Under the pieces are notes generated by a model. That model was given only the letters and a program-made list of their open reading frames with translations, made no database searches and had not been told where the DNA came from. Source: an uncultured delta proteobacterium (GTDB taxonomy: Bacteria; Desulfobacterota; Desulfobacteria; Desulfobacterales; JAHEIW01). Taken from it: a stretch of DNA of 64,000 bases. Positions 31,471 to 40,464 of the stretch are shown here, piece by piece (the first letter of the stretch is position 1; each line of letters begins with the position of its first letter). The position numbers and the translations under genes were made by a program. The stretch spans positions 262,183 to 326,182 of the forward strand of contig CAVPNL010000009.1 of the NCBI GenBank assembly GCA_963706575.1. The letters run 5' to 3'.

Positions 31471-31923
31471 ATGAAAAAGATTGCTATCGGTTGTGATCCC
31501 AATGCCGCTGACCTTAAGGCGGTTGTCATGCAGCAGTTAACCGATCTGGGTTATGAATACGAGGATTATGGAAGTGAGGATCCCATCTATGCCAATGTGG
31601 CTATCAAGGTGGCGGAACAGGTGGCAGCCGGGGTCCATGATCGCGGTATTTTGATTTGCGGAACCGGGATCGGTATGTGCATTACGGCCAACAAGGTTCC
31701 CGGCGTCTATGCCGCCTTATGTGCGGATGCATACTCCACCGAGCGATCCATTAAAAGCAACAACGCCAATATCATGACGCTGGGGTCCCAGGTGACGGGC
31801 TCGGAACTGGCCAAAAGCCTCGTAAAAATATGGATGGGCTCAGAATATGTTCCCGGCGGACGCTCCCAGCCGAAAATTCAGCGCATCTATGACTACGCCA
31901 AAGATTCGAATCAAAAAGGATAG
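31471..31923 (+). CDS. rpiB: RpiB/LacA/LacB sugar-phosphate isomerase (resembles the erythrulose-4-phosphate isomerase subtype)
   Basis: IAIGCD and GILICGTGIGMCITANKVPG; DPNA and SNNAN replace the canonical DHAG and HNxAN. Confidence 0.88.
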   Translation: MKKIAIGCDPNAADLKAVVMQQLTDLGYEYEDYGSEDPIYANVAIKVAEQVAAGVHDRGILICGTGIGMCITANKVPGVYAALCADAYSTERSIKSNNANIMTLGSQVTGSELAKSLVKIWMGSEYVPGGRSQPKIQRIYDYAKDSNQKG

Positions 31924-31933
31924 AAGCGATTTT

Positions 31934-32054
31934 GAGTGACTAAAGTGAACTAAAGTTCGAAGTGACTAAAGTTGATGAATTCTGTCATTTTTAAAAAAAT
32001 GATTGAGCGAAGCGAAACCACAACTTTAGGCATTTTAGATCACTTTAGTCACTC
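31934..32054. repeat. Palindromic element, family C copy 2, between convergent rpiB and RLP (may act as a bidirectional terminator)
   Basis: GAGTGACTAAAGTG ... CACTTTAGTCACTC ends; shared core. Confidence 0.75.
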
Positions 32055-32065
32055 CTTATTGCGGA

Positions 32066-33361
32066 TCAGCTGCCGAATTCTTCGATGGCGGCCTTCAGCT
32101 CCGGATGCGTTTTGGCGAATTCTTCTAAAGAAACACCCTGGCTAAAGGCCTCCCAGCCCTGCAGCAAACTGGCGGCCCCGGCTTTGGGACCCATGGGATG
32201 GCCGAAGACGCCCCTTCCCGGAACAATACCAAAATCAATCGTTTTCAGGATCTCATAGAGCTCACCGGTGGTTCCGGCCCATTGGCTGCCGGCGGGAACC
32301 GGCAGGGCGCGTTTCATCTGGCCCAGGGGCTTTAAGCATTCGTTCACATTTTCAAATACTTCCGCATCGGATGTTTTCATGCGGGCCCCGAAGCCGGCCA
32401 TTATAATGACATCAAAACCGACCATGCGTTGCAGCTTGGTGATCAATTTCGTATCGACACCAAAGTTGGGCATCCGGGTAAAGGGTGCGATGAAATCAAA
32501 GTGGGCCACCAGCGGTACCCGGGCGTGTTTACGCACCATGCGCACCGCACTCAAACCCACGGTCATGGTATTGAGCATCAGCGCATTGGCTCCGTTTTGA
32601 ACTGCGATATCGTGCAATGCGGTCAAGCGATCGACCTCATCGGTAATATTGGCCAGATAAATGTTGGGCCGACCGGTGATCTGTTCACATTCCAGCCTGG
32701 CCTTTCCCACTCTGGCAGTGCGTTCGCTTAAAGGAGACCATTCCACATCGCCGAGCATCTCATCGTCCTTGGCAATATCCAGGCCCCCCAGCCAGCTTTC
32801 ACGGGCCAGTTCGGCAAACGGTTCGGGCGGCAGGCCGATATTGGGTTTAATCACGCCGAAAAATAGCGGCCGGTCGTGGACGCCGAGCATATCGCGTAGG
32901 CCCGTGATGCCGAATTTCGGGCCCTCAAAGTGCTGCAGATAGCTGTCGGGAAATTCAATATCCAGTAATTTGATCAACGAAATCCCGGGAGAGTAAAAAG
33001 CGCCTTCCCCGCAGGCCGCTGTTAATAAATTCGGCAGCTTGGGTCCGAAATTGCCGTGCGGATGGGCGATTTTAACCCGACAGATATAGGATTTTGTATC
33101 CGGTGTTGCCGGCAGTGCCAGGGTCGGTTTTTCAAGCTCTGCCTCGACCGCCAGATCGATGACTTTAGCACCGAACTGTCCCCTCAGATCCTCATCAACG
33201 CCCGGGCGTTTCCATTGCGCGGTAGACTGCTCCTGGCAAAGGTGCGCTGCCGCCTCTTCAGGGTCAACAAATGATTCAAAAAGATAGTCGAATACCACAT
33301 AGTCATCCATGTTCAACTTAGATCGATCTGAGAAGAAACCGCTTTTTGTGTCTGTATTCAT
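32066..33361 (-). CDS. RuBisCO-like protein, form IV (IV-Photo / Chlorobium-type clade)
   Basis: EQSTAQWKR, HPHGNFGPKLPNLLTAACGEG, FFGVIKPNIGL, GGLDIAKDDEML, YLANITDEVD and VPGRGVFGHPMGP motifs; no small subunit or PRK nearby. Confidence 0.93.
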   Translation of the reverse strand: MNTDTKSGFFSDRSKLNMDDYVVFDYLFESFVDPEEAAAHLCQEQSTAQWKRPGVDEDLRGQFGAKVIDLAVEAELEKPTLALPATPDTKSYICRVKIAHPHGNFGPKLPNLLTAACGEGAFYSPGISLIKLLDIEFPDSYLQHFEGPKFGITGLRDMLGVHDRPLFFGVIKPNIGLPPEPFAELARESWLGGLDIAKDDEMLGDVEWSPLSERTARVGKARLECEQITGRPNIYLANITDEVDRLTALHDIAVQNGANALMLNTMTVGLSAVRMVRKHARVPLVAHFDFIAPFTRMPNFGVDTKLITKLQRMVGFDVIIMAGFGARMKTSDAEVFENVNECLKPLGQMKRALPVPAGSQWAGTTGELYEILKTIDFGIVPGRGVFGHPMGPKAGAASLLQGWEAFSQGVSLEEFAKTHPELKAAIEEFGS

Positions 33362-33376
33362 CGTTACCTTTCTTTA

Positions 33377-34606
33377 TCATTTCTGGATCAGCCGGTGCAA
33401 TTCATTGACGGCGGTTTCGGCAAACTGGGGATCATTGATATGCATATCAACGACTTCGATGCTGGCCCTGTCAGATGGAAACTTTTTGAAACCTGCTTCC
33501 AGACCTTCTTGAAACCCGGCATCCGATTCGGGCTCATAGATCGGTCCCCCGGCCCGGTTGAGCTGACTGAATCCCTGGCTGGGGACAAAAACCGTCGCAT
33601 ATCCTTTTGATTGTCCCAGCCGTTCAGCAATAAATTTCCCAAGCTCAAACATCTCTAATCGGTTGGCTTTTACATGGGTGTGAATGGGGTTATGAATCAC
33701 ATACTTTCGTTCTAAAATATCAGAAGGGATATCTTCAACCGGTCCGTAGAGCACGATGTCGGCGCAGCCGGGAGCAACGACCTGGGGCACTCCCCGCCGA
33801 CAACTGGCCTGCAGCCTTTTGGCCGTTGCCGGCATGATACCGCCGAATAAATAATCGGTGATGTCATGGGGGCTCAAATCGAAGATACCGGCCAGCTTTC
33901 CAGCCGCGGCCATTTCCTCCATGGCCTGAGCGCCGATGCCGTTACAATGAAAGGCGATGACTTCATAGCCCAGATCCTCAAAAAGCTCTCGGGCATGGTT
34001 GGCACAGGGCGTGGTCACGCCGGCCGACGTCAGCGCCACGGCCGGTTTGGATGCATCATCTGAATCGTAATCCATCTCCACCATTCCGACAACGGCGCCG
34101 GCACCCTCGGCCAGCACCCGCCGGGTGACCGCGTTGAGTCCCAGCACATCGGCGACGGAATGCAGTATCATGATATCCCGGATACCGACAAAGGGCCCAA
34201 AGGTCGCCAGGCCGTTGGCAACCGCCGAAATCATGACCTTGGGAACACCAAAAGGCAGGGCCTGCATCACCGTGGTACCGATTACCGTCCCCTGGACACC
34301 CCCCATGGAGATAATTCCATCCAGGTTTCCCTTTTCATATAATGCTTTGGCCGTTTCCACCGCACCCTGTGTCATGGTACCAATGGCATGGTTCTTGTCA
34401 CCCGTTTTCAAAATTTCTTCAATGGTGGTGTCGGCCGCTTTCGCCACTGCATGTCGGGATACGTCAGGTTCAAAAGCGGGGTCCTTCATAACCCCGCAGT
34501 CGACGACAACCGGTATATGCCCTCTACTCTCAATCAGGTCTTTGACATAAGCGGCTTCGATTTCTTTTGTATCAAGAGTTGCGACAAGGACGATGTGTTT
34601 TGCCAC
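33377..34606 (-). CDS. UPF0261 / Tm-1-like ATP-binding domain protein (paralogue 1)
   Basis: VATLDTK, GGVQGT, ALPFGVPKVMIS, HSVADVLGLN, GVTTPC, FHCNGIG and HINDPQFA motifs; GTG start 34606 after GGGAGG. Confidence 0.9.
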   Translation of the reverse strand: MAKHIVLVATLDTKEIEAAYVKDLIESRGHIPVVVDCGVMKDPAFEPDVSRHAVAKAADTTIEEILKTGDKNHAIGTMTQGAVETAKALYEKGNLDGIISMGGVQGTVIGTTVMQALPFGVPKVMISAVANGLATFGPFVGIRDIMILHSVADVLGLNAVTRRVLAEGAGAVVGMVEMDYDSDDASKPAVALTSAGVTTPCANHARELFEDLGYEVIAFHCNGIGAQAMEEMAAAGKLAGIFDLSPHDITDYLFGGIMPATAKRLQASCRRGVPQVVAPGCADIVLYGPVEDIPSDILERKYVIHNPIHTHVKANRLEMFELGKFIAERLGQSKGYATVFVPSQGFSQLNRAGGPIYEPESDAGFQEGLEAGFKKFPSDRASIEVVDMHINDPQFAETAVNELHRLIQK

Positions 34607-34644
34607 GGATTGTACCTCCCTAATAACCAATAGCGTCTTTGCGT

Positions 34645-35250
34645 TTACCGGGTCTGCCGACAGATTTTTTTGAGTTCCACCAGCCATCCGATCTGGGCGG
34701 TTTCTTCCACCAGTTCGGCATGATGCTCGGCCAGGGTAATGGTCCGGGCCAGGCCGAAAATGCCGTGTTTTGCCTGAACGAAAGCCTTCAGGTCCGCATG
34801 GGCTTTAAGCAGGTCTTCGACCGCCTTTTCAACAGCTTCATCGGCATGACCGTCGACTTTCAGAATCGGGATAATGCCAAGCTTCGATTGGGCATGCAGC
34901 GCCAGCGGTTGAATCTCGTCTGCGTCCTCGGCATAAGCGATGGCCCAGGGTGAGTGGCTGTGAAAGATTCCGTTAACATCGGGTCTCAGGCGGTAGATGG
35001 CCAGATGGGTTCTGATTTCCCGGGAAGGTTTGCCGGGGCCGGCGATCATTTCGCCGTCCAGATTCACCGTCACCAGGTTGTCCATGGTGCACTCGCCAAA
35101 CGAGGTGCCGCTGCCCTTGATAACCACTTGATCTGTGCCGGCCGGGCGTGCGCTCAGGTTGCCCCCGTTTCCGGTTTGCAGCCCGATGGTATAAGCGCGC
35201 CGGGCGCATGCCACAAGCTCCTTTTTCACCTGTTCAATTGGATCCGCCAT
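34645..35250 (-). CDS. Class II aldolase/adducin family protein (FucA/AraD/MtnB superfamily)
   Basis: GNGGNLSAR, KGSG, KPSREIRTHLAIY, FHSHSP, KHGIF and EETAQ motifs. Confidence 0.9.
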   Translation of the reverse strand: MADPIEQVKKELVACARRAYTIGLQTGNGGNLSARPAGTDQVVIKGSGTSFGECTMDNLVTVNLDGEMIAGPGKPSREIRTHLAIYRLRPDVNGIFHSHSPWAIAYAEDADEIQPLALHAQSKLGIIPILKVDGHADEAVEKAVEDLLKAHADLKAFVQAKHGIFGLARTITLAEHHAELVEETAQIGWLVELKKICRQTR

Positions 35251-35264
35251 TAGAATGTGCACCT

Positions 35265-35477
35265 TTATTTGGGTTTACGACGGTGAGCGCCCGGGCCTGA
35301 AATCAAAATAGCACCCACCGGACAGATTGCAGCCGCCTCCTGATTGCAGCCGATCTCATCGACTTCGGGCCTGACAGCCCGGGCTTTAAAATCATTTCCG
35401 CAGACAAAATTATGACAGCGCGTGCAGGCCAGGCAGCCGATGCACTTGCCGGGGTCCACTTCCACCGAAAACGCCAT
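35265..35477 (-). CDS. Small single-cluster ferredoxin
   Basis: KCIGCLAC ... CPVGAI motif; GAGGG RBS; tightly packed in the operon. Confidence 0.82.
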   Translation of the reverse strand: MAFSVEVDPGKCIGCLACTRCHNFVCGNDFKARAVRPEVDEIGCNQEAAAICPVGAILISGPGAHRRKPK

Positions 35478-35485
35478 GCTACCCT

Positions 35486-35848
35486 CTAGTGCTTCACGAT
35501 TTCGATCAGATTGCCATCCGGATCGTTGCAGAACAGATAGTCGGATCCGTCCACGCGCTTTCCCGGCCCGTCTGTTATTTGTATGCCTTGCGCTTCAAGG
35601 GTTTCGATGGTGGCGCCAAAATCTTCAACTTCGATGGCCATGTGTCGCATGGTTTCCGGAATGGTTTCATTCATTACCATCAGATGCAGCTGGCTTGTTT
35701 CACCCACCTGAAACCAGTGGCCTTGAAAGTCAAAGGCCGGTCGTTCGAGGGTTTTTAGCCCCAACACCTCTCTATAAAACCCAATACACTTTTCAAGGTC
35801 TTTAACCACAAGGGCAATGTGATGATAGTCTTTGATGTGAATACTCAT
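35486..35848 (-). CDS. VOC (glyoxalase/bleomycin resistance) family protein
   Basis: YHHIALVVKDLE, FYREVLGL, QLHL, HMAIEVED and DPDGNLIEI motifs. Confidence 0.9.
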   Translation of the reverse strand: MSIHIKDYHHIALVVKDLEKCIGFYREVLGLKTLERPAFDFQGHWFQVGETSQLHLMVMNETIPETMRHMAIEVEDFGATIETLEAQGIQITDGPGKRVDGSDYLFCNDPDGNLIEIVKH

Positions 35849-35858
35849 GGGAATACCT

Positions 35859-36263
35859 CTATGATGATTGTATTTCAGTCGTCCACGCAATTGCCTCTAT
35901 TTCAATTAAAAAGTCTTCATGAACTAAATCCGCTATAACCGTGCTGCGCGCAGGGAATCCGTTTTTAAAATATTGCCTGTAGATTTCGTTATACTCCGCA
36001 TAATTGGATAGATCCTTCAAAAAGACGGTGGTTTTAAGGATGTTTTCCAGTGAACTTCCGGCTGATTGCAGGATGGTTTTTAGATTCTTGAGTATCAAAT
36101 GCAGTTGTGCGGCGAAACTTTCGGGTGTCTCCTGTGTTTGAGGATCCATAGCCACCTGACCCGCCACAAAAATTAAATTTCCTGCCTGGGTATAGGTTGA
36201 ATACGGGGCCCGTGGAGCTGGGACACCATCAACTTTTGCAATTTTCTTCATCTTAGGCCTCAT
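35859..36263 (-). CDS. RidA/YjgF/UK114 family enamine/imine deaminase
   Basis: APYS, FVAGQV, KTTVFL, NEIY, FPARS (catalytic Arg) and IEIEAIA motifs. Confidence 0.92.
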   Translation of the reverse strand: MRPKMKKIAKVDGVPAPRAPYSTYTQAGNLIFVAGQVAMDPQTQETPESFAAQLHLILKNLKTILQSAGSSLENILKTTVFLKDLSNYAEYNEIYRQYFKNGFPARSTVIADLVHEDFLIEIEAIAWTTEIQSS

Positions 36264-37498
36264 TTTGCTGGGTAATGGGTTGCCATCATATCCATAAACG
36301 CGTCAATCACCGGGTCAATAAATTCGGGATCGTTGATATGGGCATCCAGTTCAGCCAGCGGTATGCCATTGTCGAGGTGCTTTTTGAGCGCATCGATAAA
36401 TACCTGGTTGCCTTCGGGTTCCCAGTGGGGCAGGCCCTCCCGGTCCGGAAATGAAAATCCTTTCAGCGGTATGAACACTTTCACCGGACCTTTGGCCCGG
36501 TTGAGCTTGGCGGCAATTTCTTTGGCGACTTCAATGAGCTCTTCGGGCAATAAGCGCACTAGGGTTAGATGCGGGTTGTAATTGAAATGCTTGCGGCGGC
36601 GCATATCCTCTGAAAGACTCTCCGGAGACCCCTGGACCGTATAATTCCCGCTGCCCGGCGCCACCACCTGGGGTAACCCCATGGCTGCGGCGGCGGTGAG
36701 ACGATCGGCGCGGATAGCGCCATGCAGTCCGCCCAGATAGCGATCACCGATTTCGTGCAGATTCAAATCCAGAACGCCCTGAAAAGCGCCTTCTGAAATC
36801 ATGTCTTCCATGGCGATCCCGCCGGTGCCGTTTTGATGAAAGGTGACCACCTCGTAACCGTTGTCTTCCAGAATGTCTTTGGCGCGCAGTGCACCGGGTG
36901 TGGTGGTTCCCAGCATGGACATGGCCACCGGAATCCCCTCCGGTTCTTGCAGGTCGCCCGTGAAGTTTTGAACCATTCCGCAAATCGCTCCGGCAGCGTT
37001 TTGCAAAATCTGCTTGCTGAGAAAGTTCAGACCCTGAAGATCAGAGACCGTATGCATAATGGTTAGATCCTTGGTTCCGACGTAGAACCCGAACTGGTGC
37101 GGTCCGTTGGCCACCGTGGAGGCCATTAACCGGGGAACACCAGTAGGAAGCGCGCGCATGGCGGCACTGGCGATTTCAGTCCCCTGGGCGCCGCCGATAC
37201 CGATCACGCCAAAAATACGCCCCTGGTCATGAAGCTCCTTGGCCAGGCTTGCGGCGCCCTGGCACATAATCTCGGTGCACTCCCGTTTGTCCCCTCTGGC
37301 CAGCGCTTCTTCGAGCGGTGTCCCACCTCGGTCAGCCACTTCTTTTTGGGAGATATCCACCTTGCCTCTGGGCGGCGCCAGAATCCCGGTATCCATGACG
37401 ATCACCTTAAACCCATCGGATTCAATGCACGATTTTAAAAAGAGTGCTTCATCTTCTTTGGTGTCATGGGTGGCGATGAGTAAAATCGTTTTATCCAT
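36260..37498 (-). CDS. UPF0261 / Tm-1-like ATP-binding domain protein (paralogue 2)
   Basis: IATHDTK, GGAQGT, ALPTGVP, GTTTPG, FHQNGTGG and HINDPEF motifs. Confidence 0.9.
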   Translation of the reverse strand: MDKTILLIATHDTKEDEALFLKSCIESDGFKVIVMDTGILAPPRGKVDISQKEVADRGGTPLEEALARGDKRECTEIMCQGAASLAKELHDQGRIFGVIGIGGAQGTEIASAAMRALPTGVPRLMASTVANGPHQFGFYVGTKDLTIMHTVSDLQGLNFLSKQILQNAAGAICGMVQNFTGDLQEPEGIPVAMSMLGTTTPGALRAKDILEDNGYEVVTFHQNGTGGIAMEDMISEGAFQGVLDLNLHEIGDRYLGGLHGAIRADRLTAAAAMGLPQVVAPGSGNYTVQGSPESLSEDMRRRKHFNYNPHLTLVRLLPEELIEVAKEIAAKLNRAKGPVKVFIPLKGFSFPDREGLPHWEPEGNQVFIDALKKHLDNGIPLAELDAHINDPEFIDPVIDAFMDMMATHYPAK

Positions 37499-37514
37499 GG
37501 CGTTCTCCTTTTAT

Positions 37515-37659
37515 AGGTGTCAGGTGTCACGTTTTAGAGGACAGAGATCAGAGGTCAGACGACAGAAGACAGATGGGAAGTAGGGTTGGCCTCCGTGCCG
37601 ATCTCTGGACGGCGGGCACAGAGGCCCGCCCTACTTCTGAAAGCTGACACCTGACACCT
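37515..37659. repeat. Family B element: REP-like doublet (core 37577-37637) inside AGGTGTC/GACACCT heptamer arms
   Basis: GAAGTAGGGTTGGCCTCCGTGCCG ... GGCGGGCACAGAGGCCCGCCCTACTTC. Confidence 0.75.
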
Positions 37660-37680
37660 AAAATAAGTGTGCGATTAAAC

Positions 37681-38751
37681 TCATTCATTGGACTTTACAA
37701 CCACCTTCACCGCCCCGTCGATGCGTTTGACAAACGTTTCAAAGGCGGTGTTGATTTCATCCAGAGGGAAGGTGTGGGTCACATAAGGTTTCAGGGTGAC
37801 TTTGCCGGAGCCCAGCAACGAAACCGCTCTGGCGACATTGGACCATCCTTCACCCCTGACGCTGTGGATGGATTTATTTTTCAACAAAAGGTCTGTAAAA
37901 TCAACTAAAACCGGCTCATGCGGCATCCCCAGCATCAGTATTTTGCCCATGGGTTTGGCCATCTTTATGGCCATCATGGGGGCATCGCTGGCGCCCGAGG
38001 ATTCCACGACCAGGTCGGCACCGATGCCGCCGGTTTCCTGCAGGACCACCTCGGTTGCATTTTCCTCGTGGATGTTGATCAAGCGGTCGGCACCGGTTTC
38101 GGCGCCTTTGTTGAGCCGCGAAGCCCGGGTGCCGATTAAAAAGACTTTCTCGGCACCGAGGGCTTTTGCCACCTGAGACGAGATAAGCCCCAGGGGACCG
38201 GGTCCGATGACCACGACCTGGTTGCCGGCCACATAGCCGCCGATAGTTTCAAACCCGTACAGAACACATCCCAGATTGGTGATCAAGGCGGCCTCATTAA
38301 AATCGATGTGATCCGGGATGGGATGAACGGTATTGATATTGTTGGTCACATATTGGGCAAAACCGCCATTGGAGGTCATGCCGTTGGCGCGGTGTTTTGC
38401 GGTACCGTAATTGAGACAGGCCGTATAGTTGCCCACCCGGCAATTCTTGCAGCGCATACAGCCCAGATGGGCTTCAACGGCAACCCGATCACCCACCCTG
38501 AATTCATCCACGCCTTCTCCCAGGGCAGCCACGATGCCGGCGTATTCGTGGCCGGGGGTAAAATTGCCATAGGGGGGTTGTCCCGGCAGGGGTTTGTCCA
38601 TCAACGCCACATCGGTGCTGCAGCAGGCGCAGGATTCGACTTTCAGCAAGACTTCCATGGGGCCGGGTTGCGGGGTGGGGATCTCCCGGATCTCCAGGTG
38701 ATTGCGTCCCATTAAGAGAGCCGCTTTCATGGTTTCAGGTACGGTCGACAT
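37681..38751 (-). CDS. Zinc-dependent alcohol/polyol dehydrogenase (MDR, threonine/sorbitol DH-like)
   Basis: CCSTD, PGHEYAG, CMRCKNCRVGNYTAC, GPGPLG and THTFPL motifs. Confidence 0.92.
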   Translation of the reverse strand: MSTVPETMKAALLMGRNHLEIREIPTPQPGPMEVLLKVESCACCSTDVALMDKPLPGQPPYGNFTPGHEYAGIVAALGEGVDEFRVGDRVAVEAHLGCMRCKNCRVGNYTACLNYGTAKHRANGMTSNGGFAQYVTNNINTVHPIPDHIDFNEAALITNLGCVLYGFETIGGYVAGNQVVVIGPGPLGLISSQVAKALGAEKVFLIGTRASRLNKGAETGADRLINIHEENATEVVLQETGGIGADLVVESSGASDAPMMAIKMAKPMGKILMLGMPHEPVLVDFTDLLLKNKSIHSVRGEGWSNVARAVSLLGSGKVTLKPYVTHTFPLDEINTAFETFVKRIDGAVKVVVKSNE

Positions 38752-38830
38752 AAGCTTTTGCTCCTCTTCTTTTTAATCCGGCTACACAATATCCTATCCT
38801 CAAAAGACTTCAAGGCTAGTGCGCTTGAGT

Positions 38831-38937
38831 AAAAGTGACTAAAGTTGATGAATTCTGTCATTTTAAAAAAAAGATTGAGCGAAGCGAAACCACAACTTTA
38901 GGCACTTTAGGCATTTTAGCTCACTTTAGTCACTTTT
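38831..38937. repeat. Palindromic element, family C copy 3; overlaps the last codons and stop of the FAD oxidoreductase at 38926-40410
   Basis: AAAAGTGACTAAAG ... CTTTAGTCACTTTT; core nearly identical to copy 2. Confidence 0.75.
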
Positions 38938-40410
38938 TCTGCACACGCTGACCTGATGTGAACCGAATCCTTTCTTGGTCACCTGGCCGGGGCTAGCGCC
39001 CTGCACCTGGGTCAGATAATTTATAACCGAAATGCCGCAAAAGCCGCCCTGACAGCGACCCATGCCGGCCCGGGTGACGTGTTTGACGGCATCCATGGTG
39101 TCGGCTCCCCGTCGAACAGCTTCTATAACTTCTGCTTCGCTTACCTGTTCGCAGCGGCAGACGATATGCCCATATTTCGCGTTGGATTGGATCAGTCTGT
39201 GTTTTTCTGTGGCAGTGGCCGTCTCAAAACGACGCCAACCGATTCGATTCGGATTAAACGGTTTTTTCTCCTCCAATCTCAGACCGGAAGCCGCAAGCAG
39301 GGTGATCAAATACTCGGCAATGGCCGGCGCAGCGGTCAAACCCGGGGAGCCGATGGCCGCATGGATAACGCCTGCTGCGGTTTTTGAATGATTAATATAA
39401 AAATCACTCCCCGGGGCCATATTATTTTCAGAGCGGATACCGGCAAAGGCTGTGATGACATCTTTTTCAGAAATTGCCGGTACCAGCTTTTTACCCATAT
39501 GGAGCACTTCTCGAAGCTTGTCACGGCTGACAGTCGTATCCGCCTTGTGGTCGGGAGAGGTGAAATAGCCCAGCCCGATTAAGAGATTGCCGTGGGCCGT
39601 TGGGGTCACCAGTTCACTGTGATCTTTCCCGTAAGTTCCATAGATCATGCTATCCAACAGGTTCGAAGCGGATTTATCCAGAATCAGCATGGTGCCTTTG
39701 GTAAGGACCAGTTGAAGATCGCTGTCGCCCACCATCCTGGCAATTTCGTCCACAAACAGCCCGGCGGCGTTAATGATATACCGGGTCTTGAAACGGCCGC
39801 GTGGTGTAATGACCTCAAAGTCGAAATCGCCATTGCAGATGATATCCGTAACTGCTGAATTCAAATACAGGTCCAGGCCGTTTTGCACGGCGTTTTCGGT
39901 TAAAGCAAATGTCCATTCGGTGGCATAGATACCGCCGCTGACATTTTTGCCGTACAATGCGCCAATGGCCTTTTTACTGGCATGGGGTTCGATTTGCCGA
40001 ATTTTTTCGGGACCGATGATGACGTGACCCGCAGAAACATGATTATCATGCGCCCAAACGCTTGCGGCTTTTAATTTTGCCAATTGATTTGAATCGAACG
40101 CCACAAATATCTCATCAACGGCTTTAAAGGCCACATCCAGTTCGTCGGCCAGTTTTTGGTAGCGCGTGGCGGCATTGTGAGAAAGACGGGTGCGCAGGGG
40201 CCCGGACGGAAACATCAATGGAGAATGCAGCATGCAGGGATTTGCTTTTGACACCCCGAAACCGGAGAAGGGTTCTTTTTCCAACAACGCAAAGCGGCCC
40301 TCATACCGGCAGAGTTCCCTGGCGATCATGGAGCCGACAATTCCGGCTCCGATAATGATGACATCATAATCTTCCTGATGCCGTGGTTGGCTGCTGGTGG
40401 TTTGTGACAT
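38926..40410 (-). CDS. FAD-dependent oxidoreductase with BFD-like [2Fe-2S] domain (second GlpA/LhgO-like large subunit)
   Basis: DVIIIGAGIVG, IINAAGLFVD, PTAHGNLLIG, CRCEQVSEAE and TRAGMGRCQGGFC motifs; clear paralogue of 25030-26517. Confidence 0.9.
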   Translation of the reverse strand: MSQTTSSQPRHQEDYDVIIIGAGIVGSMIARELCRYEGRFALLEKEPFSGFGVSKANPCMLHSPLMFPSGPLRTRLSHNAATRYQKLADELDVAFKAVDEIFVAFDSNQLAKLKAASVWAHDNHVSAGHVIIGPEKIRQIEPHASKKAIGALYGKNVSGGIYATEWTFALTENAVQNGLDLYLNSAVTDIICNGDFDFEVITPRGRFKTRYIINAAGLFVDEIARMVGDSDLQLVLTKGTMLILDKSASNLLDSMIYGTYGKDHSELVTPTAHGNLLIGLGYFTSPDHKADTTVSRDKLREVLHMGKKLVPAISEKDVITAFAGIRSENNMAPGSDFYINHSKTAAGVIHAAIGSPGLTAAPAIAEYLITLLAASGLRLEEKKPFNPNRIGWRRFETATATEKHRLIQSNAKYGHIVCRCEQVSEAEVIEAVRRGADTMDAVKHVTRAGMGRCQGGFCGISVINYLTQVQGASPGQVTKKGFGSHQVSVCRKSD

Positions 40411-40464
40411 CGGACCTGTTGGGTTCGCTTTAAAGCGGTCGCCGGTTTGACACCCGCCGGAGGA

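Noticed and set aside
32066..33361. CO2-fixing RuBisCO / Calvin cycle
   Set aside because: Key carboxylase residues are substituted (equivalents of Asn123, Lys177, Arg295, His327, Lys334); no rbcS or prk nearby
32066..35250. Methionine salvage cluster (MtnW-like RLP plus MtnB)
   Set aside because: The RLP has the IV-Photo signature rather than YkrW; no mtnA, mtnK, mtnP, mtnX or mtnD in the window; neighbours are sugar-catabolic. Not formally excluded
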